64,000 bases of DNA from an uncultured Erysipelotrichaceae bacterium. GTDB taxonomy: Bacteria; Bacillota_I; Bacilli_A; RFN20; CAG-826. Both the position numbers and the translations under genes were made by a program. Shown here in pieces: positions 28,630 through 38,800 of this stretch (its first letter is position 1; every line of letters begins with the position of its first letter). The notes beneath the pieces are model-generated. The model made no database searches. It had not been told where the DNA came from and saw nothing but the letters and a program-made list of their open reading frames with translations. The DNA lies in contig CAMGZU010000002.1 in the NCBI GenBank assembly GCA_946183085.1, forward strand, positions 2,339 to 66,338, given 5' to 3'.

Positions 28630-29630
28630 GAGGATAGTTTACTGGATTGTTTCCCTTTGGGAAGTGCCCGCCTCTTCTTTTTCGCTTTCTTTTTGGGCCT
28701 AGGCGGATAGGCGGGCCCAAAGGCGGCCTTTAGCGAATCGCCATGATAAAGAAGGGTCAATTGAAAGGGCGAGCCATCCTTCTCGAGCAATGGCAGGAAG
28801 ATGCGGTCCCCTTCCCACAAAGGGAGGGACAAAACGTCTTTCTTCTCAACCCATTCCAAGACGCCTTCGTCGCATTCGATCATCTCGCCATGCCAGGAAA
28901 GGCCCTTGAAGACGTACATGCGTTCGGGCGGATATTCGCTATTTAAGAAATCGACGTAACCGCAATAACGGAGTTTGGTGAGGGTGAGCCCGGTCTCTTC
29001 TTTGACTTCGCGGATCGCGCATTGCCGGGCGTTTTCGCCTTCTTCGAAATGGCCCCCGACGCCAATCCATTTCCCAGCGTTCACGTCCCCTTCTTCCTTG
29101 ATGCGGTGAAGCATCAGATATTTGTCTTCTTTCTCCAGATAGCAGAGGGTTGTTTTCACGAGCCCCTTCTTCCGCATCGCGTCCACTTCTTCGAACGTTT
29201 TGACGTGAGACATGATGTCGTCAACGACGCGGTCCAGCTCTTTTTCGATCTCGAAGCCCCAATAACGGAGGACGGTGTAGCCCTGGCGCTTGAGTTCCTC
29301 GTTGACGAGGACGTCCCGCTCCATGTTCTTTTCGATCTTTGGGATCCAATAATCCAAATGGGAATGAAGATTCTTCTTTGCCTCTTCGAAATGGTAGCCA
29401 TGCCAAAACTCGGAATCGCAGAAGATGGCGAGCTTGTGCTTTTGGCTCACGATGTCTGGATGGCCAAAGACCCGGGAGGAATTGCAGCGATAACGAAAGC
29501 CTTTTTCGTAAAGGGCCTTGCGTAGTTTCAATTCGATGCCGGTATCCTTCCCGCGGATGTGCGACATCGTGAAAGAAACCACCGCGGGGTCGCGGGGCGT
29601 ATAAACGTGTTCCTTCTTCTCTTTCGCCAT
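28626..29630 (-). CDS. Vsr-like very-short-patch-repair endonuclease fused to a NUDIX (MutT-like) hydrolase
   Basis: N-terminal MSHIRGKDTGIELKLRKALYEKGFRYRCNSSRVFGHPDIVSQKHKLAIFCDSEFWHG...KNMERDVLVNEELKRQGYTVLRYWGFEI matches the Vsr fold. C-terminal NUDIX box GGHFEEGENARQCAIREVKEETGL. Basic C-terminal tail. Confidence 0.8.
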   Translation of the reverse strand: MAKEKKEHVYTPRDPAVVSFTMSHIRGKDTGIELKLRKALYEKGFRYRCNSSRVFGHPDIVSQKHKLAIFCDSEFWHGYHFEEAKKNLHSHLDYWIPKIEKNMERDVLVNEELKRQGYTVLRYWGFEIEKELDRVVDDIMSHVKTFEEVDAMRKKGLVKTTLCYLEKEDKYLMLHRIKEEGDVNAGKWIGVGGHFEEGENARQCAIREVKEETGLTLTKLRYCGYVDFLNSEYPPERMYVFKGLSWHGEMIECDEGVLEWVEKKDVLSLPLWEGDRIFLPLLEKDGSPFQLTLLYHGDSLKAAFGPAYPPRPKKKAKKKRRALPKGKQSSKLSS

Positions 29631-29651
29631 ATGGCGTTATTATACAAAACC

Positions 29652-30029
29652 TTAGTGATGATGACGGGGCAGATCGCAAGACGTCTCGTCGCAGCATTCG
29701 CCATCGCAATGGGTATGGAGCGAGGAAAGCGAGACGCCCGTGATCGCCTCCAATTCCTTCACGCTCGGATAATGGCCCTCCAAAACGACCTTGGAATCCA
29801 AGAGGATGATGGGAAGCTTGTGGTTTTTCTGATAGGCCTCTTTGGCTTCTTGCTGCCAGGCGTTATACATGGGGAGGTTCCTTTTCTGCACGAGGAAGCC
29901 ATGATCAAAATAAGCGAGCAAAGCGCAGTTAAAATCATTCAACTCGCTCACCGAGAAGGTGTCTTGTTCTTCGTAAACGAAAAGCGACTTCACGCCCATC
30001 ATTAAGCGTTCAATCGCCTTTGAAGTCAA
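29652..30029 (-). CDS. ArsD-like thioredoxin-fold protein with a Cys/His-rich C-terminal tail (putative metal-binding)
   Basis: ...PIILLDSKVVLEGHYPSVKELEAITG resembles the ArsD core. Tail HTHCDGECCDETSCDLPRHHH. Confidence 0.5.
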   Translation of the reverse strand: MTSKAIERLMMGVKSLFVYEEQDTFSVSELNDFNCALLAYFDHGFLVQKRNLPMYNAWQQEAKEAYQKNHKLPIILLDSKVVLEGHYPSVKELEAITGVSLSSLHTHCDGECCDETSCDLPRHHH

Positions 30030-30038
30030 ACGAAGTGC

Positions 30039-30680
30039 TTATTCCGTCTTTTCTCCTTTCTCTTCTTGCGCGAGGGCGGCCTCTTTCGCCGCTTCTTCCG
30101 CGGCGATCCTCGCCTCTTCTTTCCTTTGGAAATGCTCAAGCATCATCTCCGCCCTGGCCTTTGAGACGCTTGGGGTGGTGATGTTCCTGACCTCGATCGT
30201 TTTCTTTTTGCCGTCGATCGTGCATTCGAAAACCAAGTGGCCCAAGTCTTTTTCTTCGAGCCAGAACAAGGCCCACAAAGGGCAGAACCAGCGGTTCCGC
30301 TTCGCCTTGACAAGGCGGACGTCGGCCGCTTTCAAACGAGAGTCTCTTTTTCCGTCGGTGATGATGAATTCATCGGTGGCCAAATCGTATAGCACTGGCA
30401 AAGACGGGCAATGCGTCACCCTTCTCCGCCAAAGGGCAAAAATGACATAAAGGATCAAGGCAATCAAAACCAAAACGATGGTTTCCCCGCCGACGACATA
30501 GCCTTGGAGATCGCCCGTCAGCTGCATCATGGTCGCCACGATCATCACGAAAAAGACGATGACCAAAGGCACGACGTAGGTGAGATAGTTCACAACCGCT
30601 TCGTGGGAATAGATGACGCCTTTGGAGGCGATGGCGTAGCTTCCTTGTCTGGGAAATGTTGGAGGGGGCGTAATCGGCAT
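30039..30680 (-). CDS. hypothetical membrane protein (213 aa), first gene of the minus-strand array
   Basis: Two TM helices, then a soluble PH-like domain and a Glu/Ala-rich tail. Confidence 0.5.
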   Translation of the reverse strand: MPITPPPTFPRQGSYAIASKGVIYSHEAVVNYLTYVVPLVIVFFVMIVATMMQLTGDLQGYVVGGETIVLVLIALILYVIFALWRRRVTHCPSLPVLYDLATDEFIITDGKRDSRLKAADVRLVKAKRNRWFCPLWALFWLEEKDLGHLVFECTIDGKKKTIEVRNITTPSVSKARAEMMLEHFQRKEEARIAAEEAAKEAALAQEEKGEKTE

Positions 30681-30755
30681 AAATAGAGTTTATCATCTTA
30701 GAACTACAAACGCCTAAGATGTGTTAGGATAACTAACGCAATCAAGGAGCATACC

Positions 30756-31424
30756 ATGGATCCCATCCGCATCATCGAAGTCAAGGAAAACGTCCTTGCC
30801 AAAAACGACCGCGACGCCGACAAGCTTCGCGCGAAAATGAAGGAAAACAAAACCCTTCTCATCAACATCATGTCCAGCCCAGGCTCGGGCAAAACCACCC
30901 TCTTGAAGAGGACGATCAAAGAACTCAAAGACGAAATGAAGATCGGCGTTTTGGAAGCCGACATCGATAGCGACGTGGACGCCGCCGCCATCCTTGGCGC
31001 GGGCGCCGACTCCGTCCAACTCCATACGGGCGGAGCTTGCCACTTAACCGCCGACATGACCGAGCAAGGCCTCGCGGGCTTTGGCGATAAGCATTACGAC
31101 CTCGTTTTCATCGAAAACGTGGGCAACCTGGTCTGCCCCGCCGAATTCGATACCGGCGCGACGATGAACGTCTGCCTCCTCTCCGTCCCCGAAGGCGACG
31201 ACAAACCCTTGAAGTATCCGCTCATGTTCCAAGTCTCCCACGCGCTCGTCGTGACGAAAATCGACGTCCGCAGCGTCTTCGACTTCGACCTCGCCAAACT
31301 CGAAAAGAACGCACGCATGCGTCATCCTGGCATGAAGATCATGCCGCTATCGGCCAAGACGGGCGATGGCTTCGAGGAATGGATCAACTTCCTCCGCGAG
31401 AAGGTCGCCGAGCAGAAGAAATAA
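30756..31424 (+). CDS. hypB: hydrogenase/urease-type nickel-incorporation GTPase HypB
   Basis: P-loop SSPGSGKTTLL. ...FIENVGNLVCPAEFD... and ...EGDDKPLKYPLMF... are near-identical to canonical HypB blocks. No His-rich N-terminus. Confidence 0.85.
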   Translation: MDPIRIIEVKENVLAKNDRDADKLRAKMKENKTLLINIMSSPGSGKTTLLKRTIKELKDEMKIGVLEADIDSDVDAAAILGAGADSVQLHTGGACHLTADMTEQGLAGFGDKHYDLVFIENVGNLVCPAEFDTGATMNVCLLSVPEGDDKPLKYPLMFQVSHALVVTKIDVRSVFDFDLAKLEKNARMRHPGMKIMPLSAKTGDGFEEWINFLREKVAEQKK

Positions 31425-31441
31425 GAGAAAGACGCCGAGAT

Positions 31442-32326
31442 TCACTCGACGTCTTTTTTATTTTCATCGCAGAGATAGGTTAGCGGAATGCCGTACGTCT
31501 TTTCGTAGCAGCCTTTCCAAAGCTCGTAGTTCTTCTGCATCATGAGCGCCGCATTCTGCGCGGGGCTTTTGCCTTCTTCGGGGTAGATGGGATCGAAGAT
31601 ATGGATGGTGTAGATCTGCTCTTTGAAGCCTTCGGAGTCATAGTTCTCGCCATCTTCCATCGTGATGAAGATCGGGAGAATGGGAACCCCCGCTTTCGCG
31701 GCGAAGGAGAAGGCGCCTCTTTTGAGGGGTTTTGGCTTCCGGTAATTCGGCCAAAGGGATTGCTCTGGATAGACCAGCACCAAGTCGCCCCGTTTCAGGA
31801 TCTCGTCCACTGCTTCCATGAATTCGCGCATGGTCTCGGGGTTCGAAGATAAGGGCAGCGTGTTGCAGTTTCGCATCAAATAGCCATAGAAACCCGGGAA
31901 GGACGTGTAGTTGCCTTCGCGGATCACGCGGAAGAATTTCCGTTTCTTCTTCGTTTCTTTGGCCGCCTCATAGGCGAGTTGAGTCATAAAGGAATCCAAC
32001 GGGGAAAAATGGTTGCAGGTGATGACGGCGCCGCTATTAAGGGCGTCGAATTTCTCCGCGCCCAAAATGGCCTTCACCTTCAAGGCGCCAGTCTTTATGA
32101 GGTTCTTGTTCAAGAACTGACGGGCCTTATTGAAGGCAAAGCGGGCTGCGATTCGTGTTTTTAGTTTCTTTTGGGTGTAATCAACGGTCCCTGGCAAGAT
32201 GACTTTGCTGGGCGGATCGTCGTTCACGTCCTTATCGAAGATGCCCTGACGCTCCAACTCCTCAGCCTTCTTGATGAGGGCAAGGCGCTCAGGGGATTGC
32301 ACTGGTTTATTTTCCGCCATAAGCAT
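31442..32326 (-). CDS. lysophospholipid (PlsC-family) acyltransferase
   Basis: HxxxxD acyltransferase motif in ...CNHFSPLDS..., plus the ...VYPEQSLW... block. Confidence 0.7.
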   Translation of the reverse strand: MLMAENKPVQSPERLALIKKAEELERQGIFDKDVNDDPPSKVILPGTVDYTQKKLKTRIAARFAFNKARQFLNKNLIKTGALKVKAILGAEKFDALNSGAVITCNHFSPLDSFMTQLAYEAAKETKKKRKFFRVIREGNYTSFPGFYGYLMRNCNTLPLSSNPETMREFMEAVDEILKRGDLVLVYPEQSLWPNYRKPKPLKRGAFSFAAKAGVPILPIFITMEDGENYDSEGFKEQIYTIHIFDPIYPEEGKSPAQNAALMMQKNYELWKGCYEKTYGIPLTYLCDENKKDVE

Positions 32327-33155
32327 CCTTTCCAGCGAGGTATTCGTCTTTGAGGGCGAGGTATTCGCTTAAGATGTCGTCGAACGCGTGATACTTGAAG
32401 ACGCGGTGCACCTTATCGACGTGCCACTGCTTGATATTGTCGGTATGGGGATAAGGCAGATAGAAGAGCCTTTTCGAGAAATGGCGGACGACCGTCGATT
32501 TGTGGAGGAACTTCTGATCGTTGAATTTCTGGGGAAGCATCTTCTTCTTCGTCGTGGAACGGACCAAGGCGCTTTGATCGGCGAAAGTGAGCTTCTTTTT
32601 ATTGATCCAAACCCTGGTCTTTGGGAACAAACCCGTCTCACGGCACTTCTTCATATTGAAAAGGAGGACGCCGGCATTGATGTAATTGGGATAAAGCAAG
32701 AACTTGCCATAATGGTCCCTTGCCGCCGCATACTCTACCCCTTCCACATCCTGCTCATAGAGAAGGTGGATGTCGCGGTTAAAGAGGATGTCACAATCCA
32801 GATACAAGAGCTTTTCGCCATCGACTTCAGGAACGAGGTCAGCAAGCAAACGGAGAAGGGTATAAGGCGAGCAATAAGCGCCTTCGTTGGGGGAACGCCC
32901 CATCTCTTTTTCGTAAAGAGCGGTGACGTCGATCTTCTTGACGACGTTATTTTCGCCATAATGCTTGGCCACCTGATCCAAGAAGGAGATGAGCTCATCC
33001 GAGATCGGGGTGTAAGACTCTTTGCAACGGGTTAGGTCCATCGTGAAGACGAAGAAACGGAAATCGTCTTTGCGGGAACGCTTAAAGATGGAAAGCATGC
33101 TGGTGAGGACGCCGTCGAAGACGCCCGAGTTGCCGCAATACAAAACGTCGATCAT
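32307..33155 (-). CDS. glycosyltransferase family 8
   Basis: DxD in ...YLDCDILF... and GT8 N-terminal architecture. Overlaps neighbours on both sides. Confidence 0.8.
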   Translation of the reverse strand: MIDVLYCGNSGVFDGVLTSMLSIFKRSRKDDFRFFVFTMDLTRCKESYTPISDELISFLDQVAKHYGENNVVKKIDVTALYEKEMGRSPNEGAYCSPYTLLRLLADLVPEVDGEKLLYLDCDILFNRDIHLLYEQDVEGVEYAAARDHYGKFLLYPNYINAGVLLFNMKKCRETGLFPKTRVWINKKKLTFADQSALVRSTTKKKMLPQKFNDQKFLHKSTVVRHFSKRLFYLPYPHTDNIKQWHVDKVHRVFKYHAFDDILSEYLALKDEYLAGKDAYGGK

Positions 33156-33949
33156 TTGCTTTCCTCCTTTGGCAGATAGTGAATGAGCTCACGGTCCGAA
33201 AGCTTCGCGCGCTCAACCATCGCTTGGTAGCATTGTTCGCGTAGATCCGCCCGCTTCTCGCGCAAGGTCCCTTCTTCTTTGGGGAAGAAAGGCCCATCGA
33301 TGTAAGTGATGATCTTCACTTTGTTGGGGTTCTTCCGCTTGTGATAGGTATTTGTGAAGCAGAAGACCGGAGTTCCATATTGGGCGGGATAGACGAAGGA
33401 GGTGTCAACAAAAGGACGGATGCCCGTGTAATAAGGCCAAATGTGGGCCTCGGGGTAGATCACAATCGCCTCGCCGTTTTTCACCTTGGTTTCGATGGCA
33501 TGCGAGAAATGCTTGGTCGATTCGACGTCGCCCGGCAAAGGAAGGGCGCCCAAATAGGGAAGCGTCTTCCCAATATGGGGAATGGAAACGTTGTTCGGGT
33601 GGACGATGATGCCCATGCTCTTCGGGGAAATGACGAAAACGGGGATCATCGGATCGGCCATGGCTTGGGTGTGGTTGCCATAAAGGAAATAAGGCTTCTT
33701 TTTGTAAGGCTTTAGCTTCTCGCGGCCCACAATCTTGTGGCGGAATTTGCTCTTCAAGAAGATCTTCGCGAGCAGACGACCAAAGGTCCGATACCAAAAG
33801 AAACGCAAAAACGCTGCTTTCGCGCCTTTTCGGAGGTAAACGTAGTCCCCATCGATTTTGATCGGCTCGATGACCGCTTCGGAGAACTCATCGTTTAAGG
33901 GATCCGTGTAATAAATCGTTTTCTCGATGGTTTTCTTCATGTTTATCAA
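33152..33949 (-). CDS. PlsC-family acyltransferase (second copy)
   Basis: ...GNHTQAMADP... HxxxxD motif and ...IYPEAHIW... block. Confidence 0.65.
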   Translation of the reverse strand: MINMKKTIEKTIYYTDPLNDEFSEAVIEPIKIDGDYVYLRKGAKAAFLRFFWYRTFGRLLAKIFLKSKFRHKIVGREKLKPYKKKPYFLYGNHTQAMADPMIPVFVISPKSMGIIVHPNNVSIPHIGKTLPYLGALPLPGDVESTKHFSHAIETKVKNGEAIVIYPEAHIWPYYTGIRPFVDTSFVYPAQYGTPVFCFTNTYHKRKNPNKVKIITYIDGPFFPKEEGTLREKRADLREQCYQAMVERAKLSDRELIHYLPKEESK

Positions 33950-33982
33950 AAAGGAGGACGAACCTCCTTCTTTCTTTTTGGA

Positions 33983-35005
33983 TTAGATGCTCGCCCGGAC
34001 GGCTTCGCCATAAACGACGTTGAGCAGCGGGAACATCGCTTCGAAGCGGCCGTGCTTCATTTGTTTCATGGAACGGAGATAGTTCTTCGGGTTGGCGATT
34101 TCTTCAAGGCAAAGGCCGATGACTTTATCCGCCACCGCGGCTTCGGCCTGAAGCTGCTCGGCGGTGTAATCCGCCCAAATGTGCTTGATGGCGTCGAAAT
34201 CATAGGTTTGGCTCGCGTATTTCCAGAAGTAGAAGCCATAAGGGGCATTGATGTCGTGCCAAGGTTTCGCAGCGAAGGCGTAATGGATGATGCCATAGTT
34301 CTTCTCATTGATGCTCGGATAATCCGAGATGGCCTCCATATTCCAACGGCGGTGCAGATAATAAACGCGGTTCTTGCAGATGACGTTTAAGTAGTCTTGA
34401 TCCTGCGCGACGCTGAAGTTATAGAAATTGGAGAGCTGAATGAACTGCCCAAGGACGTCATGTTCCCTCCACTCCTTGCAATTGATCACGACGACGCCGG
34501 CATTGAAATAACGGTTGTAGGGAATGCCAAGGACTTCTTCCGTATAGCGGCCAACTTCGGGGATGGCGATGGAAACGGCCTCGGGAACGGCGGCGATATA
34601 ATTGCGGCCAATGTTGATGTCATAGAGTTTAGCGATGTCATCGACGACGACGGTGTCGCTATCAACGTAGATCGCTTTGTTGTATTGCGGGAACTTGCTC
34701 GCGATGACGATACGGTAGTACGTCGAAGGAGAGTAATAATCGCGGATGGGAAGGCCGCGGACCAAATCCGAGATATCGGCGGTAACATCTTCGAAGGTGA
34801 TCGAGACGTTCTTCTTCCGCATCTTGAGGACTTCGCGCTGCAATTCTGCGGGCACATCCGTATGGAGAATATGAATATGGTAGCGACGATCATCCGAGGT
34901 ATTGTTGATGAGCGAACGCAAAGCAACCGCGGTGAAGCGTAAGAATCTGGCATCGCACCCAAAGAAGACGGGAACGAGCGATTTGCGTAAGTTTGGATTG
35001 GCCAT
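33983..35005 (-). CDS. glycosyltransferase family 8 (second copy)
   Basis: ...IYVDSDTVVVDD... DxD and ...NAGVVVIN... GT8 blocks. Confidence 0.85.
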   Translation of the reverse strand: MANPNLRKSLVPVFFGCDARFLRFTAVALRSLINNTSDDRRYHIHILHTDVPAELQREVLKMRKKNVSITFEDVTADISDLVRGLPIRDYYSPSTYYRIVIASKFPQYNKAIYVDSDTVVVDDIAKLYDINIGRNYIAAVPEAVSIAIPEVGRYTEEVLGIPYNRYFNAGVVVINCKEWREHDVLGQFIQLSNFYNFSVAQDQDYLNVICKNRVYYLHRRWNMEAISDYPSINEKNYGIIHYAFAAKPWHDINAPYGFYFWKYASQTYDFDAIKHIWADYTAEQLQAEAAVADKVIGLCLEEIANPKNYLRSMKQMKHGRFEAMFPLLNVVYGEAVRASI

Positions 35006-35201
35006 AGTTGCCTCCTGCCGTGTTCTCGGCGGCCTTTAGACTACGCGGATATGAACAAAATGGGTATTTTTTTCATCTAGTTTGAAAAACAAGATAGTTT
35101 CTCTCTTCTAAAGTTACAAAATAGACATACTCTCTCAACAAGAGAATCGCATGATAAATTCTTTGCTTTTTCACTCTCTTGCCCCTATGATGTTGCCGAG
35201 C

Positions 35202-35804
35202 ATGAAAAACCAAGTCTCCAAATTGACGATTGCAAAAAATCTGACCGATTTACGGAAAATCAGCGGCCTCACACAGGCTCAATTGGCCGAGAAATTGGGC
35301 TATACCGACAAGGCGATTTCAAAATGGGAGCACGCCGAAACCTTGCCTGATATCATCACGCTTGCCACCATCGCAGACTTCTATGGGGTCACCCTCGATT
35401 ATTTGACCACCACCGACGAAATCCGCAAAAAACAGCAACCAACCAACAAGTCGCAAGCTTGGAACAAGACGCTCGCGATCCTTATGGCGGTATCGGCGAT
35501 TTGGATTGTTTCGGCCGTCGTCTACACCATTCTCTTCACGGTTTTCCACCAACACATCTGGACCGCTTTTGTTTGGCCGGTCCCGCTATCCTTTTTGCTC
35601 GCCCTTATCTTTTTGATCTTTTGGGGCACAAGAAAGTCCCGCATGATCGTCGGCACGATTGCCGCATGGACGAGCCTTGCCGCCATTTACCTAGAACTTG
35701 GTCGAACCTTGCCCGATAACGCCGGTTGGGCTTTTTGGTCCCTCTTCTTCATCGGGGTGCCGCTTACCGCACTAAGCGTGCTCTGGTACTTCATCCGCAG
35801 TTAA
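35202..35804 (+). CDS. XRE-family HTH transcriptional regulator with C-terminal transmembrane domain
   Basis: ...LRKISGLTQAQLAEKLGYTDKAISKWEHAE... HTH, followed by four hydrophobic helices. Start set at the internal ATG 35202. Confidence 0.7.
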   Translation: MKNQVSKLTIAKNLTDLRKISGLTQAQLAEKLGYTDKAISKWEHAETLPDIITLATIADFYGVTLDYLTTTDEIRKKQQPTNKSQAWNKTLAILMAVSAIWIVSAVVYTILFTVFHQHIWTAFVWPVPLSFLLALIFLIFWGTRKSRMIVGTIAAWTSLAAIYLELGRTLPDNAGWAFWSLFFIGVPLTALSVLWYFIRS

Positions 35805-35827
35805 AGAAAAGAGGAGCAACGCCCCTC

Positions 35828-38800
35828 TTATTTTCTCTTGTTACGCGCCTTATCAGGCCGCTTTTTATCTTCGTAGAGCTCCATATCGGCGGCGAAATAG
35901 AGATCACGGAATGTCACGGCGTCTTCCGGGAAGCGCGCCATGCCGAAGGAGAATTCGAAGTCTTCGCCCAAGGCCGCTTCTTTGGAAATCCGCGCGGCAA
36001 TCTCCACCATGAACTTATTCACGGCCTCGCGATCGATTCCTCGCCTTGTTTCGTCGATGACGAAGCAGAACTCATCGCCGCCAAGCCTCGTGAACGCGTG
36101 GCAGGAAGCCGGGAGGTCTTTCGCGGCTTTTCCTAAGGAAACAAGGATCTTGTCGCCGGTTGGGTGGCCATACGTATCGTTGATGCGCTTGAATTCGTCG
36201 ACATCGGCGATGATGAAGGTGAACGGTTTGTTGTCTTCGATGTATTTCTCGCAAATGCCGAAGCCGACCGGGCGAGTCAAGGCGCCGGTCAAAGGATCGC
36301 AGTTCTTTTCCTGCATCTCCGTCCCATCGCGGACGAAAACGAGGGCGTGGTGATGACCATGGTGATAGGCGAAGGAAACATCGATCTCCAGCCATTTCTT
36401 CTCGTCTTCGGCCCTACGAACGAGGATTCTGCGGTTATTGAAGGCGTGAGAAGCGGCCGAAAGTTCCTTCAAAGAGAGGAAGTTCGCCAACTCTTCGCGG
36501 TCTTTTGGATGAATTCTTTCAAGAACGGAAGGCAACAGATCGGCGCTGAATCTGCCTTCGCGGGTAATTTCGGTGTGACTGGTCCGCTTATCGAGAAGAA
36601 TCTCGCGATAGAGGTCTTCGCCGATGTCGATGTCGCAATAGAAGAGGGCGACCCAGCCAAGGGCATCCAGCATGCGGTCGTAGAAATCCAAACCCTTTTC
36701 CGTGGTATCCAAAAGGCGATTTCCCACCGAGGTTGGCCTCGTGAATTCCAAATAATAGGCGAAGTCATCGTCGACGGAGACTTGAGCGGTCTTGAATTCC
36801 ATGACCATGTGGACGCGCTCATCATAGAAGCGTTGCACACGGTGGAGCATGTGCATCCTGGCGCGCGTGCCGAGAATATCTTCGAAAAGAGCCCCCTCAA
36901 CCGCATCCGGATAGAAGACCCGTGCCGCCGGATTGGAATAGATGAGTTTTTCGTCTTCGCTGAAGAACATGACCGCCTCGGCCATCGTATCGAAGGAAGC
37001 GGGCAAATCCGTCTTCGAGAACTCTTTGAGGAACCTATAAGAATCGTCGCCAACGATGGACTCGAATTGAATAAGATAATAAGAGATGTTGTTCTTTGCG
37101 CTGAGATAGACGCTCGAAACCAAGACATCGCGACGCTTTAACCCAAAATGGAAATCGACGGGGTGCTTTTTCCCAAAAACGCCCGGTTCCCGGTATTTGG
37201 CGAGGCATTGGATCGTCTTCTCCCTCGAGGCGGGACGCATGTAATCCAGAAGGTTGATCTGCCCATATTCCGCCGTGTCAAAAAGGGTCGCAAAGGAATG
37301 CTTCAGCCTTTGGTTCATCAAAAGCGGGGTCAATTTGCCAAAGCCATATTGGAAGATGCCCATCGGAACCCCGGCGTTATAGAAAACGAAGTTCGTCGTG
37401 GAGCGATTGTCCAAAAGTTTCTCCATCAAGTGGGAGGAAGCGCTGCCCCCGGTGGGATCGGTGAGCTTCACGCGGCGATTCAGTTTTTCAAACTCGGACA
37501 CCGGAATCGGCGGGCTGTAATAGAAGCCCTGGATATATCGGACGCCCAGCTGGCGGAAGTAATAAACTTCATCCGCCGTTTCGACGCCTTCTACGATGAA
37601 GGACGTGTCCAAGGAACGGGCCAAGGCGACGATGGTCTCGATGATGCTATGCTGCTTGCGCCAGTCGTTGCACTTCGAAAGGAATTTGTAGTCAAGCTTC
37701 AAGACGTCGACATCCAAGTCCTTCAAGGAGTTGAAGGAGGAGTAAGCGGAGCCGAAGTCATCCATCAAAACGCGGATGTCGTGCTTCTTGCAGTCCGAAA
37801 GGAAGCGAATCATGCGTTCTTCGTTATCCGAGAAGGCGCTCTCCGTGATTTCGATTTCGATGAATTCGTGCGGGACGCGGAAGGAATCGATGATCGCCAA
37901 AGTCTCGGCGAAAAGATGGTCGTCTAAGAAGTCAACACGGGAATAGTTGACGGAGATCGGAACCACGGCGATGCCTTTGTCGAGCCAGCGGCGGATCGTT
38001 TCGCAGGATTTGCGGAGCATGAAGCGGTCAAGCATCTGGCATTGTCCGTTCGCTTCAAAGAGCGGGATGAAGTCTCCCGGAGGAATCAATTTGCCATTCC
38101 TCCTCCAGCGGACCAATGCTTCGCCGCCGATATAGGTTTCTTGTTCCAAATCGTATTTCGGTTGGAGCCAGAGTTCGAATTCGTTGTTCTTGATCGCATC
38201 GTTGAAGGCGCCCGTGAGTTCAAGATCATAAGCCTCGCGGCGTTCCATGGCATCGTCGTAGATGCAAATGGGGCTCAGCGGATTGGTTTTGGCGACCTTG
38301 TTCGCGAAAGAGGCGCGGGCGTCCGCGATTTTGAAGGGCTCGTCATGATTGGAAATCTGGTAAAGGCCAAAGGCCATGTCGATGTTGACGCCAGGGTAGC
38401 GGCCACGGATGATCTTCAAAAGCTTGTCACAATAACGCTGCGCCGTCGCGGGGAGGTCGGGTGTCAAAACATAGAAGACGTCGGAATGGCTGGCGCGGGC
38501 GATAAAGACCGCGCTCGAGAGCCCCCGGATTTCTTCGGCCACGGTTTTGAGCAAGGCATCGCCGGCCTGAATGCCATAATGGCTGTTATAGAGGCGGAAT
38601 TTGAGGAAGTCCAAACGAATGAGCGTGCCAGGACGCTTGCCGAACGAATGAAGGGTGGCGGTGAAATTCGCCTCCAAATATTCGCCGAGCGGCAACCCTG
38701 TCAAATCATCGAAATAAAGGTCATGGAAGGATTCGGCGCGGTTGATGATCGTGCCAATCTGTTCGCTGAGAAGGCGGCCGATGAAGAAGATGTCGTCGTG

